From: Candidatus Falkowbacteria bacterium
GTDB taxonomy: Bacteria; Patescibacteriota; Patescibacteriia; UBA11705; JABHMO01
DNA length: 64,000 bases
Direction: 5' to 3'
Assembly: GCA_018674305.1 (NCBI GenBank)
Contig: JABHAL010000004.1
Span: 192,446-256,445, forward strand
The translations under genes and the position numbers were made by a program. Of this stretch, positions 47,370 through 56,637 are shown piece by piece. The notes under the pieces were generated by a model that worked only from the letters and a program-made list of their open reading frames with translations, had not been told where the DNA came from and searched no databases. Every line of letters starts with the position of its first letter. Within the stretch, counting starts at the first letter, position 1.

Positions 47370-48071
47370 TTAATCCGCCCCTAGTGTGTCTGCAAAAGCT
47401 TTAGCTTTCTTGTAAAGTTCATAAACATCAGCTACTGTTTCTGCTTCTTTCATCGCAAAGTCGTATACTTTTTTGGCATTTTTGGGATTTTCGTCAATTC
47501 TGAATACTTGGTCACTAATGCCTATTGCTTGAACTTTATCATCAGGGTCAAGTTGGGGAAAATAAAGAGTGTAATCCTGGTACGTACTATCGTAACCAAT
47601 ACTTATGCGAATACCGTTTATTTCAGTTTGTTCATGATATTCCTCTACTAAAAAATCATTTACTTCCCAGTCATAAGCTGTAGGATTTCTGGTGCCAGAA
47701 AATTGAACCTCAAAACCTTGAGCATCAACTTTAACAATGTCACCATGCATCTGTCCATCGGGTAGCATTACTCTTTTTCCCACTACTATTTGTTCTCGGG
47801 TGAGGTAGGGTGTTTTTTCCTCTGGCTCCAACGGGATTCGCTTGTTTTCAATAAATTCGACTATCTGTTCTTTATTTTCAATATAATCGCGTAAAACCTG
47901 CAACGCATCCCTATCTCCGGTTTCAGCTTTTTCTTTTAGCTCATCAAAACCAAGACCATCGGAAATTTCTTTTAGTTTAGCCATCAGCTTATCAAAATGA
48001 ACCTGCTGAACTTCGGTGAAGTTAGCATGAAGGGATTTTTCTTGAATTTGGTTTACTTCCGGAGAAATCAT
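47370..48071 (-). CDS. Hypothetical protein, paralog A (shared N-terminal domain, distinct C-terminal domain)
   Basis: See paralog B; lies immediately downstream of recA. Confidence 0.5.
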   Translation of the reverse strand: MISPEVNQIQEKSLHANFTEVQQVHFDKLMAKLKEISDGLGFDELKEKAETGDRDALQVLRDYIENKEQIVEFIENKRIPLEPEEKTPYLTREQIVVGKRVMLPDGQMHGDIVKVDAQGFEVQFSGTRNPTAYDWEVNDFLVEEYHEQTEINGIRISIGYDSTYQDYTLYFPQLDPDDKVQAIGISDQVFRIDENPKNAKKVYDFAMKEAETVADVYELYKKAKAFADTLGAD

Positions 48072-48171
48072 ATTTTAATAGATGATAATTCATCCCGCAG
48101 AATGAGGGAACGTTAAACAATAAACCTGCATCAATACATTGTTTATTATTTAAGGTTTACTAGTTACTTTT

Positions 48172-49200
48172 CTAGAGGTCTTCTTTTCTTTTTTCTAAAA
48201 CAGCAACCCAAATTTCCTTATTGATTTTATCGAGAAGTTTTTTATTTTCACGAAGATATCGTTTGGCAGTTTCTCTGCCAACGCCTAATTTTTCATCACC
48301 ATATGAATATGAGTTGCCAGCTTTGCTGACTACTCCATATTTTAATCCGGTATCAATTGCATCACCTGAAACTGAGATGCCTTCATTGTACATAATATCA
48401 AATTCGCAAGTCTGAAAGGGTGGTGCAACCTTGTTTTTTACAACTTTGGATTTCACTCGGTTTCCGATGGTCATTTCTGCTTTTTTAATTTGCGCAGCTC
48501 GGCGAACTTCAATTCGAACAGAACTGTAAAACTTAAGTGCCATACCACCAGTAGTAGTTTCTGGATTCCCAAAAAACACACCGATTTTTTGGCGAGTTTG
48601 ATTAATAAAAATCACAGTTGTCTTGGTTTTTCCAACAATTGCGGCAAGTTTACGAAGAGCCTGACTCATTAATCTAGCTTGAAGGCCCATGTGTCTGTCG
48701 CCCATCTCGCCTTCGATTTCTGCCTTTGGAGTTAAAGCTGCTACAGAATCAATAACAATGATGTCCATCGCATTTGACCTGACTAAAGTTTCTACGATCT
48801 CTAATGCCTGTTCTCCTGTGTCGGGCTGAGAAATAAACATTTCATTAATGTCTATACCGATCTTTTTGGCATAGTCAGGATCTAGGGCGTGTTCTGCGTC
48901 GATAAAAGCGGCAGTGCCACCTGTTTTTTGTACTTCAGCTACAATGTGCTGAGACAAAGTTGTCTTTCCTGAAGATTCAGGGCCATAAATTTCAATAATA
49001 CGGCCACGAGGTACGCCACCAACACCTAGAGCAATATTCAGAGAGATACTGCCAGTGGAAATAGCTTCAACGTTCATTGTGGCTGCTTCTCCTAGTTTCA
49101 TAATTGCGCCTTCACCAAATTTTTCTTGAATTTGGGCAATTGCATCGGTAGCAGCATTTTGTTTTTGGGTTTCCTCTGTTGTACTTGATTTTTTTTTCAT
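48172..49200 (-). CDS. recA: Recombinase RecA
   Basis: Walker [10 protein letters not shown]; conserved L1/L2 regions. Confidence 0.95.
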   Translation of the reverse strand: MKKKSSTTEETQKQNAATDAIAQIQEKFGEGAIMKLGEAATMNVEAISTGSISLNIALGVGGVPRGRIIEIYGPESSGKTTLSQHIVAEVQKTGGTAAFIDAEHALDPDYAKKIGIDINEMFISQPDTGEQALEIVETLVRSNAMDIIVIDSVAALTPKAEIEGEMGDRHMGLQARLMSQALRKLAAIVGKTKTTVIFINQTRQKIGVFFGNPETTTGGMALKFYSSVRIEVRRAAQIKKAEMTIGNRVKSKVVKNKVAPPFQTCEFDIMYNEGISVSGDAIDTGLKYGVVSKAGNSYSYGDEKLGVGRETAKRYLRENKKLLDKINKEIWVAVLEKRKEDL

Positions 49201-49272
49201 ACTATCTCTTCAATAATCAAAGCATGGGGGTGTTTATCGAAGATGGTTAAATAAATTATATTGCTTAAATTT

Positions 49273-49974
49273 TTATTGTATTGGCTCAGTAAGTTGTTCA
49301 TCGGTTACAATTACTTTTTTGTAAACAACTTTTTCTTTGCTGTGTTTCTTTTGTGCTGATATTTTAATAATATTTAATCCTTTTTGCAAGTCGAGAACTA
49401 TGGAAAAGTTTCCATTCTTATCACTTAGCAAGGGGCGATCATTAATTCTTAGGTGAACTTCTTTTTCTGTTTGCCCTTGGATTTTTACTTGACTGGTCTG
49501 AGTGATTAGATTATCGGGAGGTGAGGCAATGATTAATTCAGGTGAAGAAGTTATCGTGTTAACCTCGCTTCCGATGTAGAGCAAAATTGCTGCGATAAAA
49601 ATTATTATGACGGAATATTTCAGAGTTTTAGGATTTAGAAAACGGTTGAGCATTTTCTGGGACCGACTGAGCTTTATCGGCTTTATTCTCTTTTGAGTCT
49701 TGGAGTAAAGTGCTTTTTCTTTTTTGTATAAGTCTTCTACAGTTGAGGGATTTAATTCTAATAAGTCAGCATAAGCACGAATAATGTTCAAGGCATAAAC
49801 ATCAGCTGGCATTTGCCCGTAAGCATTAGTTTCTAGATATCTAAGGTAACGAACATTAATATTAATTGCCCGAGCTGCCTTGTCTCGTGATAAACCTTTT
49901 TCTTTCCGATGCTTTGCCAATCTCTCTCCTAGCGTCTGAATAGTTTCAATTTTTTTGTTGATAAAACCGGTCAT
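49273..49974 (-). CDS. RodZ-like protein (N-terminal XRE-type HTH, single TM, C-terminal domain)
   Basis: LGERLAKHRKEKGLSRDKAARAININVRYLRYLE HTH, then TM helix. Confidence 0.55.
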   Translation of the reverse strand: MTGFINKKIETIQTLGERLAKHRKEKGLSRDKAARAININVRYLRYLETNAYGQMPADVYALNIIRAYADLLELNPSTVEDLYKKEKALYSKTQKRIKPIKLSRSQKMLNRFLNPKTLKYSVIIIFIAAILLYIGSEVNTITSSPELIIASPPDNLITQTSQVKIQGQTEKEVHLRINDRPLLSDKNGNFSIVLDLQKGLNIIKISAQKKHSKEKVVYKKVIVTDEQLTEPIQ

Positions 49975-49994
49975 AGTATAATGCCAATTACAAA

Positions 49995-52457
49995 CTAGTA
50001 AATTTCATCAGCATTGGACTTCTGAGTTTTCTTTGTTTTTGGTTCTTCTATTTCATCATTTGCTTCATCTTCAAAGTCCTCGTCCAATTCGTCTTCATCA
50101 AATTCACCCTCCTCCGATAAATCCTCGGAGGACAGATTATCTTCTTCCTCATTCTCATCATCTTCTAATTCTTCATCATCTGCACTTTCGTTTTCGACTT
50201 CATCTTCAAACTCCTCATCAGCGGAGTCGTCTTCTTCATATTCATCTTCGTCTTCAATATCATCTTCTTGACTTGAAAATGGAGTAACCTCAGAGCTCAC
50301 TGCAACTTCTTCTTGGTCACCAAAAACTTGTCGTGGCTTGGCGCCATCGGCTGGACCAACAATACCTGAATCTTCTAACATATCAATTAAACGAGCTGCT
50401 CTTGCATAGCCAATACGTAATCTTCTTTGTAAATAAGATGCAGAGGCTTTACCTGATTCAAGAATCAAATGTTTAGCTTCGTCAAATAGTTCATCTCCAT
50501 CATTGCCACCTGCACCCTTGAAATCAAAACTGGTGCTGCTGCCACTATTTGGTTTTTCAGTCACTGCATCATGATAATCAGCTTCTCCTCCACAAGCATT
50601 TTTCAAGAAATTAACTACTCGTTTAATTTCTTCATCACTAACAAAAGCACCTTGCAATCTTATTGGCTTTGCGGTTTGTGGAGTCATGAATAGCAGGTCT
50701 CCTTTTCCAACTAGTTTTTCAGCACCTGAAGAATCAAGTATGGTACGTGAATCCATCAAGGAGGCAACACTGAAGGCAATACGACATGGAATGTTAGCTT
50801 TAATTAATCCAGTAATAACGTCAACTGATGGTCTTTGTGTGGCAACTACCATATGAATGCCAACAGCTCTTGCCATTTGTGTTAAACGGATAATACAACC
50901 TTCTACTTCAGCTGCCGCTGCAACCATTAGATCGGCCAACTCATCTATAATAATAACAATGTAAGGCATTTTTTCTTTGGAAGATAGATTGTAGGATCCA
51001 ATATTACGTTTTTTTACTTTAGCTAATATGTCAAAACGCCTATCCATTTCACTAATAGCCCAACGTAAAGAATAAACAGTTTTGGTTACATCTGTAATAA
51101 CTGGAGTTAGTAGATGGGGAATCCCATTATATACTGGAAACTCAACTCTTTTTGGATCAACCAGAATCAAGCGGAGCATGTCTGGATTGTTTTGATATAG
51201 TAAACTCATTATTATTGCATTTAAACAAACACTTTTTCCAGACCCGGTTGCACCCGCAACCAGTAGGTGAGGCATGCTAGTTATATCATCGATCAGGCAT
51301 TTTCCACTTACGTCTTTTCCGAGAACAATCGATAAATTTGTTTTACGATTTTTAAAAGATCTTGATTGTAGAACTTCTCGGATTCTGACAACAGCTGGCT
51401 TTTGGTTTGGCACTTCAATACCAACCAAAGATTTCCCTGGGATTGGTGCTTCTATACGAATAGGGTGAGCTGCTAGTGCCAAAGCTAAATCATTGCTCAA
51501 AGTTGTAATGCGAGAAAGCTTTATGCCCTCTGCTGGTTTTAGTGTGTATTGTGTAACGGTTGGTCCGACTTGCACTGTGTCCATTTCTACCGGAATATTG
51601 AAATTTTCTAAAGTCTTGGAAATTCGTTCAGTCCCAGCTTTGATGTCGCCACTTGTTGGTTTTGATTTACGGTCATCAAGTAGTTTCATTGGTAAATCAA
51701 TTTTGATATTTGTTGAACGAATACCTGCGGGTGTGGCTGTTTTATCACGGTTAGTTAAACTTTGAGCGGTTACCTTTACATCACTAACTTTTGTTGGTGC
51801 AATTTCTTCTTCGTACTCATCTTCTTCGTCTTCGTATTCATCCTCATCCTCTTCCTCGTCTTCATATTCATCTTCGTCATCTGTTTCGTCTCTATTTGAC
51901 TTTCTACCTAGCATAGCTGGGATTTGTTTGAAGATGTTTGATTTTTCGAACAAATTTTCTAGACTTGTATTAAACATTAATAAAATACTGGCCAGCAAAA
52001 GTCCTACTAAAATAAGTAGCCCGGCCCAAAAGCCTAAATATAGTACTAACGGGTAACTAATTGCATACCCAATGATACCACCACCAAGTCCACTAAAAGA
52101 TAATTCAAAAGAGTTAACAAAAGGGACTTTGAGATGTAGGAGACCATGGATACTTAGAAAAAATATACCAATGCCAGTGTAATTTGAAATGGTAACTTGA
52201 TGTTCGTTTGGTTTTGCTAGTGCGTACCCTAGGCCAATTAAAATTAGGGGAAATATAAAGCGACCCCAACCAAGGGTAATACCCAAGGCCCAATCAATAT
52301 AGACTCCAGCCTTACCAGCTAAATCTAAAAAACTTAAAATGCAAATTATGGCAATAATAAAAAGGAATATAATAATAATTCCCTTTTTAGTTTCTGGACT
52401 TAAGTTATAGTACTCAACCTCTTGATAACGTTTTGATTTTTTTCTTCGTTTAGCCAT
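49995..52457 (-). CDS. ftsK: DNA translocase FtsK
   Basis: Four N-terminal TM helices, acidic linker, motor domain GATGSGKS, gamma domain (SYLQRRLRIGYARAARLIDMLE), D/E-rich C-terminal tail. Confidence 0.9.
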   Translation of the reverse strand: MAKRRKKSKRYQEVEYYNLSPETKKGIIIIFLFIIAIICILSFLDLAGKAGVYIDWALGITLGWGRFIFPLILIGLGYALAKPNEHQVTISNYTGIGIFFLSIHGLLHLKVPFVNSFELSFSGLGGGIIGYAISYPLVLYLGFWAGLLILVGLLLASILLMFNTSLENLFEKSNIFKQIPAMLGRKSNRDETDDEDEYEDEEEDEDEYEDEEDEYEEEIAPTKVSDVKVTAQSLTNRDKTATPAGIRSTNIKIDLPMKLLDDRKSKPTSGDIKAGTERISKTLENFNIPVEMDTVQVGPTVTQYTLKPAEGIKLSRITTLSNDLALALAAHPIRIEAPIPGKSLVGIEVPNQKPAVVRIREVLQSRSFKNRKTNLSIVLGKDVSGKCLIDDITSMPHLLVAGATGSGKSVCLNAIIMSLLYQNNPDMLRLILVDPKRVEFPVYNGIPHLLTPVITDVTKTVYSLRWAISEMDRRFDILAKVKKRNIGSYNLSSKEKMPYIVIIIDELADLMVAAAAEVEGCIIRLTQMARAVGIHMVVATQRPSVDVITGLIKANIPCRIAFSVASLMDSRTILDSSGAEKLVGKGDLLFMTPQTAKPIRLQGAFVSDEEIKRVVNFLKNACGGEADYHDAVTEKPNSGSSTSFDFKGAGGNDGDELFDEAKHLILESGKASASYLQRRLRIGYARAARLIDMLEDSGIVGPADGAKPRQVFGDQEEVAVSSEVTPFSSQEDDIEDEDEYEEDDSADEEFEDEVENESADDEELEDDENEEEDNLSSEDLSEEGEFDEDELDEDFEDEANDEIEEPKTKKTQKSNADEIY

Positions 52458-52704
52458 TTGTTTATATTAGAATCTAAGGGCAAAAGTTTTGATTTGGCCC
52501 TATATTCTTTATTTTTATGTTTGTTTCTATAAGCTATTTTATCATATACAGCTGTAGATGTACAGCATGAACAATTACCAATTACTCAAATAATAAGTAT
52601 CAATTAAATCCAAATTTGCAAATTACAATTTCTAAAGTTATTTTGAGTTTTGAAAATTTATATTTGTAGTTTAATTGGAACTTGTGGCATTGATCAATTG
52701 ATCA

Positions 52705-53171
52705 TTTAAAAATAAAGGAGGACAGCTCACACGGAGCTGCCCCCTTCATATAATTTGGGAAATTGGAGGGAACTTCCCAAAAGAGCAGACAAATTTCACA
52801 ACGAAATTATAAAAAGATCAATTTATGGTGTTGTGAAAAGAGGAGAGAGATCCCTCCAGGGCTTGTCTACTCATTTGAAAAGTTCACTTAAGAGAATTTA
52901 ACTTCCAGAAAAATGATGAGGGGGGGCGTACGAGCTCTTATATAAGTTTGTAGCCCAGCCTCTCTCCCCATCAATTTTCTGAAAGTTAATTATCAGCAAA
53001 ATGATGTAGAGGAAATTGGAACAGTTGAGCAATAAATGAATAATTCTCATTTGTCCAATAGTTGATGATAGAGATGGGCCAGCTTAATCGAGGTTAATCA
53101 ATTTAGCTAGCGACCATCTACTTTCTCTCTCCTCGTACATCATTCTACAGATAAATTATTAAGTATGTTAA
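52705..53171 (-). ncRNA. Candidate large structured non-coding RNA (~470 nt), identity unknown
   Basis: Perfect minus-strand promoter (TTGACA at rc 53201-53206, N17, TATAAT at rc 53178-53183); GC-rich terminator hairpin at 52715-52746 followed on minus by TATTTTT; several long-range helices; no ORF with a start codon in between. Confidence 0.4.
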
Positions 53172-53425
53172 TGGGACATTATAGCACATATTTAATATTT
53201 TGTCAATAGGTTCTGGCGGTTATAATGATATTTAGCTAAAATTAGAGTAATGCTCGCGTTAGTAATATATAATAAAGGTAGTTTTTGACTTGACAATTAA
53301 AATGAAATATAATATAGTTGATTATCAGTTCAAAGTTTATAAAGTAAAAAGTTCATAAAGTCGATCAAGTTGATTACAGTAAATGTTTATTGTTATCTCC
53401 TTTCTCCCCTTTATCCCATATAAAT

Positions 53426-53998
53426 ATGCATTTAATCCCAACGGTAGTTGAAAAAAGTCATTATGGTGAAAGAGCCTATGATATTTATTCAAGATTATTG
53501 AAAGAAAGAATTATTTTCATTGGTTCAGCCATTGATGATCAAGTGGCCAATTCAGTAATTGCACAGTTATTGTATTTAGAAAGTGAAGATCCCAAAAAAG
53601 ATATTAAGGTTTATGTTAATTCACCTGGCGGTTCAGTCAGTGCTGGCTTAGCAATTTATGACACCATGCAGTATATAAAACCGGATGTAGTTACAATTTG
53701 CGTAGGCTTAGCTGCTAGTATGGGTTCATTACTTTTGACAGCAGGAACTAAAGGAAAACGATTTTCTTTACCAAATTCAAAGATAATGATTCATCAGGTT
53801 ATGGGTGGCGCGCAAGGACAGGCAAGTGATATAAAAATTCAAGCAGAAGAAATTATCAAGGTAAAAGAAAATTTAAATAAGATACTTGCCAAACATACTG
53901 GTCAACCATTAGAAAAAGTTGAGCAGGATTCTGATCGTGATAATTATATGACAGCAGAAGAAGCGAAAAAGTATGGTTTGATTGATAAGATTATATAA
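53426..53998 (+). CDS. clpP: ATP-dependent Clp protease proteolytic subunit
   Basis: [29 protein letters not shown]; catalytic Ser in GLAASMGS. Start at the internal Met; ORF-track start is 53390. Confidence 0.9.
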   Translation: MHLIPTVVEKSHYGERAYDIYSRLLKERIIFIGSAIDDQVANSVIAQLLYLESEDPKKDIKVYVNSPGGSVSAGLAIYDTMQYIKPDVVTICVGLAASMGSLLLTAGTKGKRFSLPNSKIMIHQVMGGAQGQASDIKIQAEEIIKVKENLNKILAKHTGQPLEKVEQDSDRDNYMTAEEAKKYGLIDKII

Positions 53999-54046
53999 AC
54001 ACGTAACACGAATCACATATCACACATATATTACGTAACATAACAA

Positions 54047-54070
54047 AAACAGCTGTTAGGCTGTTTTTGT
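54047..54070 (+). terminator. Probable clpP terminator
   Basis: aacagctgttaggctgttttt. Confidence 0.4.
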
Positions 54071-54229
54071 GTGTATAAACTGAGGATAATGTCGGGATAG
54101 TCAAGGGGTAGAGAAGAGGGAGTTTAAATGTTATACTGTAAGTAGTTGTTTAAGTAAATAAAAAATGGATAATCCTCTCTATGCCGATTTTGCTAAATTT
54201 AGACAACAATGTGCAAGTGTTATCGGCTA

Positions 54230-54294
54230 TTGACAAAGTTTTGAAAGTTTGCTATTATACTTAGTTGACAAAGATACCTAATCTTTGCTACATT
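54230..54294 (+). promoter_or_regulatory. Tandem duplicated promoters (TTGACAAAG-N-TTTGCTA-TTAT / -CAT)
   Basis: ttgaca 54230-54235 + N17 + tattat 54253-54258; ttgaca 54265-54270 + N17/18 + tacatt. Confidence 0.5.
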
Positions 54295-54300
54295 GATATG

Positions 54301-54422
54301 AAAAGTCTCTTTTTACGGGCAGACACGACAAGCATGGGATTTTTGCTTTAGGTAAGATCAGGCTTCGGCTCGATTTGACCTGAGTAAAAATTTCTTGTCT
54401 GTCCATAAAAAGAGGTTTTTTT
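54301..54422 (+). ncRNA. Candidate small RNA (~120 nt)
   Basis: Transcript from the tandem promoters; 19-bp closing helix (54306-54325 with 54396-54415) around a UUCG-containing hairpin, then a U7 run; no ORF. Confidence 0.35.
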
Positions 54423-54524
54423 ATTTTAAAGAATATAATGTTGTATTGACAAAAGTTATAATTTATATTAATCTTTACTATCATGATGTTCATTATAATC
54501 TAACTTAAATAATGGAGGACAGAC

Positions 54525-55019
54525 ATGCCAGGACCTGATGGAAATTCCAAGACTGAAAAGCCCGGAACTCTGGCGAAAGCAAAGTCATCAGCTTCTCGTT
54601 GTAAGTGTTGGTATAAAAAGTCCTACCGAGAAAAGGACGTAAGTGGGCAGACTCAACAACAAAAGGTTGTCGATTTTTTAAATTCACAGGGGGTCGGCCC
54701 CAGGGACTATGTAGTTTGCAGTCATGTTTTCAGTGATTGTTATGCCGTTTATTTGTTCTTTTATGCTCCGGCAATTAATTGTCAGCATTGCAATTCGGGG
54801 AACAGCAATCACAGAAAGAAAAGGCAGAAACGGGGTGACCGTAAGCTATTCGGCAGGTTGTGTTCTAGTAAGCAGGATAAAAACCGATCACCAATTGATC
54901 AAGTTGTAGATTTTCTAAACAAGCATGATCTACATCCTGAAGATGTTCAGATTTCAAGTGGAATGTTCGAGGGGTATGTTATTTTCATTCAGTATTTTGC
55001 TGAGCAAGAGCTGAAGTGA
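54525..55019 (+). CDS. Hypothetical protein with two tandem ~38-aa repeats and Cys/Lys-rich linkers (repeat 1 weakly HicA/YcfA-like)
   Basis: GGAGG RBS; repeats QKVVDFLNSQGVGPRDYVVCSHVF / DQVVDFLNKHDLHPEDVQISSGMF; CKCW and CQHC linkers. Confidence 0.45.
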   Translation: MPGPDGNSKTEKPGTLAKAKSSASRCKCWYKKSYREKDVSGQTQQQKVVDFLNSQGVGPRDYVVCSHVFSDCYAVYLFFYAPAINCQHCNSGNSNHRKKRQKRGDRKLFGRLCSSKQDKNRSPIDQVVDFLNKHDLHPEDVQISSGMFEGYVIFIQYFAEQELK

Positions 55020-55041
55020 TAAACTTTGTTGACCAGGGAGG

Positions 55042-56103
55042 ATGAGGATGAAAAGGTTGAGAGTGGCAGTCAATGGTTGTGGTCGAATTGGTCGGCAGAC
55101 TATTGTGATGTTGGTTGAAGATTACAGCGAATATTTTGACGTAGTCGCGGTGAATGATTTGGCGAGTATTGAAGATATTCAACGTCGCCTGGAAAGGGAT
55201 TCGGTTTATGGTAAATTCCCTGGGTTTGTCGACTGTCTTGAAGGAAAAGATCGGCCGACTCTCTCCATTAAGAACAGTTCATGTTCGCATGTTCACTATG
55301 TCAGTGTTTGTTCAGAGAGTGAGCCTGCTCAGTTGCCTTGGAAGGAACTGGAAGTGAACATTGTTATTGATGCCACTGGCCGATTTACTACACGTGAACA
55401 GTTGAATGCTCATTTTATCGCGGGAGCCAAGAGAGTTGTTCTGACTGCCCCGACGAAAGATGAGTCCATTCCCATGTACGTGAATGGTGTGAATACGGAT
55501 GGTGATGATTTTGAAAAGCATAACATCATTTCCAATGCATCATGTACCACCAATTGTGTGGCGCCGGTACTGTTCCTACTTCAAGAATTGTTTGGAGTTG
55601 ATAAAGCGTATTTGAACACAGTTCACGCTGTTACCAACGGACAAAAGTTGTTTGACGGTATGGGGGGAAAAGATCCTCGACGTGATCGTGCTTGCATGTC
55701 TAGCATTATTCCGGCTTCGACCGGAGCGGCCGTGGCGTTGGAAAAGATTTTGCCAAAGCTGAAGGGTCGACTTGGAGGCGAAGCTACGCGTGTTCCTTTG
55801 GTAACTGGTTCCTATGTTGATCTGGAAGTTGTTTTAAATGAAGACATCTCAGTCGAGGAGCTGAAGACTATATTTCTGGAGAGTGTTTGTGGTTATGGTC
55901 TTGAAGGAGTTGTGGAGCTGATCGATGATCCGCAGTTTGTGTCAATCGACGTATCTGGGATGACAGCTCCATCAGTTGTTAGTTTAGACTTGATCAAGAG
56001 AACCTGGGAGAAAACTTTCCGAATCAAGATTTGGTACGACAATGAGTTGAGTTATGTATATCAGCTTTGCGAACTGATTTTCTTACACAATGTTGAGCAC
56101 TGA
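55042..56103 (+). CDS. gap: Glyceraldehyde-3-phosphate dehydrogenase (type I), divergent
   Basis: VAVNGCGRIGR, AVNDL, SNASCTTNCVAPV (catalytic Cys), IIPASTGAA, WYDNE motifs. Confidence 0.85.
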   Translation: MRMKRLRVAVNGCGRIGRQTIVMLVEDYSEYFDVVAVNDLASIEDIQRRLERDSVYGKFPGFVDCLEGKDRPTLSIKNSSCSHVHYVSVCSESEPAQLPWKELEVNIVIDATGRFTTREQLNAHFIAGAKRVVLTAPTKDESIPMYVNGVNTDGDDFEKHNIISNASCTTNCVAPVLFLLQELFGVDKAYLNTVHAVTNGQKLFDGMGGKDPRRDRACMSSIIPASTGAAVALEKILPKLKGRLGGEATRVPLVTGSYVDLEVVLNEDISVEELKTIFLESVCGYGLEGVVELIDDPQFVSIDVSGMTAPSVVSLDLIKRTWEKTFRIKIWYDNELSYVYQLCELIFLHNVEH

Positions 56104-56114
56104 TAGCTAAACCA

Positions 56115-56146
56115 AAAAGCTGAGACAAAATTGTCTCAGCTTTATT
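56115..56146 (+). terminator. Rho-independent terminator
   Basis: aaaagctgagacaaaattgtctcagctttatt. Confidence 0.6.
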
Positions 56147-56226
56147 ATTGGCAATTGACAGATAAAATTGGAAATAGTAAGCTTTAAATCGAGCAGCTTT
56201 AACGGCACCAATCTAGGAGGTTTGCC

Positions 56227-56577
56227 ATGAGAAGAACATCAAGAGAAAATTGGCTGGCTTTTTTCGAAATGCTAAAGCATCTTGTCAATGCAGATATAAT
56301 TGGTCTTACCACTGATGATGAGCACAAGGTCTTAAAAAGGGAAGGGCTTTTTTATCAGGAAAACAATCGTTGCGATTGCGGTACCTTTGATTGTGATGAT
56401 GTTTGTGAAGAAGGTCACTGCTCTAGCTTTGAACCAAATTTCAAGTTCGGTAAAATTGAGATTCGTTGGTCTGGAACTGATCCGTCCACTTGCAAGGAAT
56501 TTCCAGATCTCCATCACAATGATTTTCGTAAACTGGTGGCAGATGTTACTGCTTTGCTGAAGATGCGGAATTATTAA
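56227..56577 (+). CDS. Cys-rich hypothetical protein
   Basis: 116 aa; AGGAGG RBS; CDCGTFDCDDVCEEGHC cluster. Confidence 0.5.
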   Translation: MRRTSRENWLAFFEMLKHLVNADIIGLTTDDEHKVLKREGLFYQENNRCDCGTFDCDDVCEEGHCSSFEPNFKFGKIEIRWSGTDPSTCKEFPDLHHNDFRKLVADVTALLKMRNY

Positions 56578-56584
56578 AACCACA

Positions 56585-56617
56585 AACCCGTTCCGATAAT
56601 TATCGGAACGGGTTTTA
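56585..56617. terminator. Bidirectional terminator
   Basis: aacccgttccgataattatcggaacgggttttat. Confidence 0.6.
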
Positions 56618-56637
56618 TATTTGTATAATTAATTTAC

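Noticed and set aside
52716-52900. Open frame RTAHTELPPSYNLGNWRELPKRADKFHNEIIKRSIYGVVKRGERSLQGLSTHLKSSLKRI in the ftsK-clpP spacer
   Set aside because: It has no ATG/GTG/TTG start with an RBS, and it runs against the orientation implied by the promoter/terminator pair; more likely part of the structured RNA, with a pseudogene remnant as an alternative.
52705-53171. Assignment of the large ncRNA candidate to RNase P RNA or tmRNA
   Set aside because: I could not find the P4 strands (GGAAAGUCC / ACAGAAnCCGGCUUA) or a tRNA-like 5' GGGG...3' TTCGAnTCC...CCA domain by eye; left unassigned.
54278-54493. 71-aa minus-strand ORF in the clpP-downstream intergenic region
   Set aside because: AT-rich and low-complexity, with no RBS, and it overlaps the plus-strand promoters and sRNA candidate.
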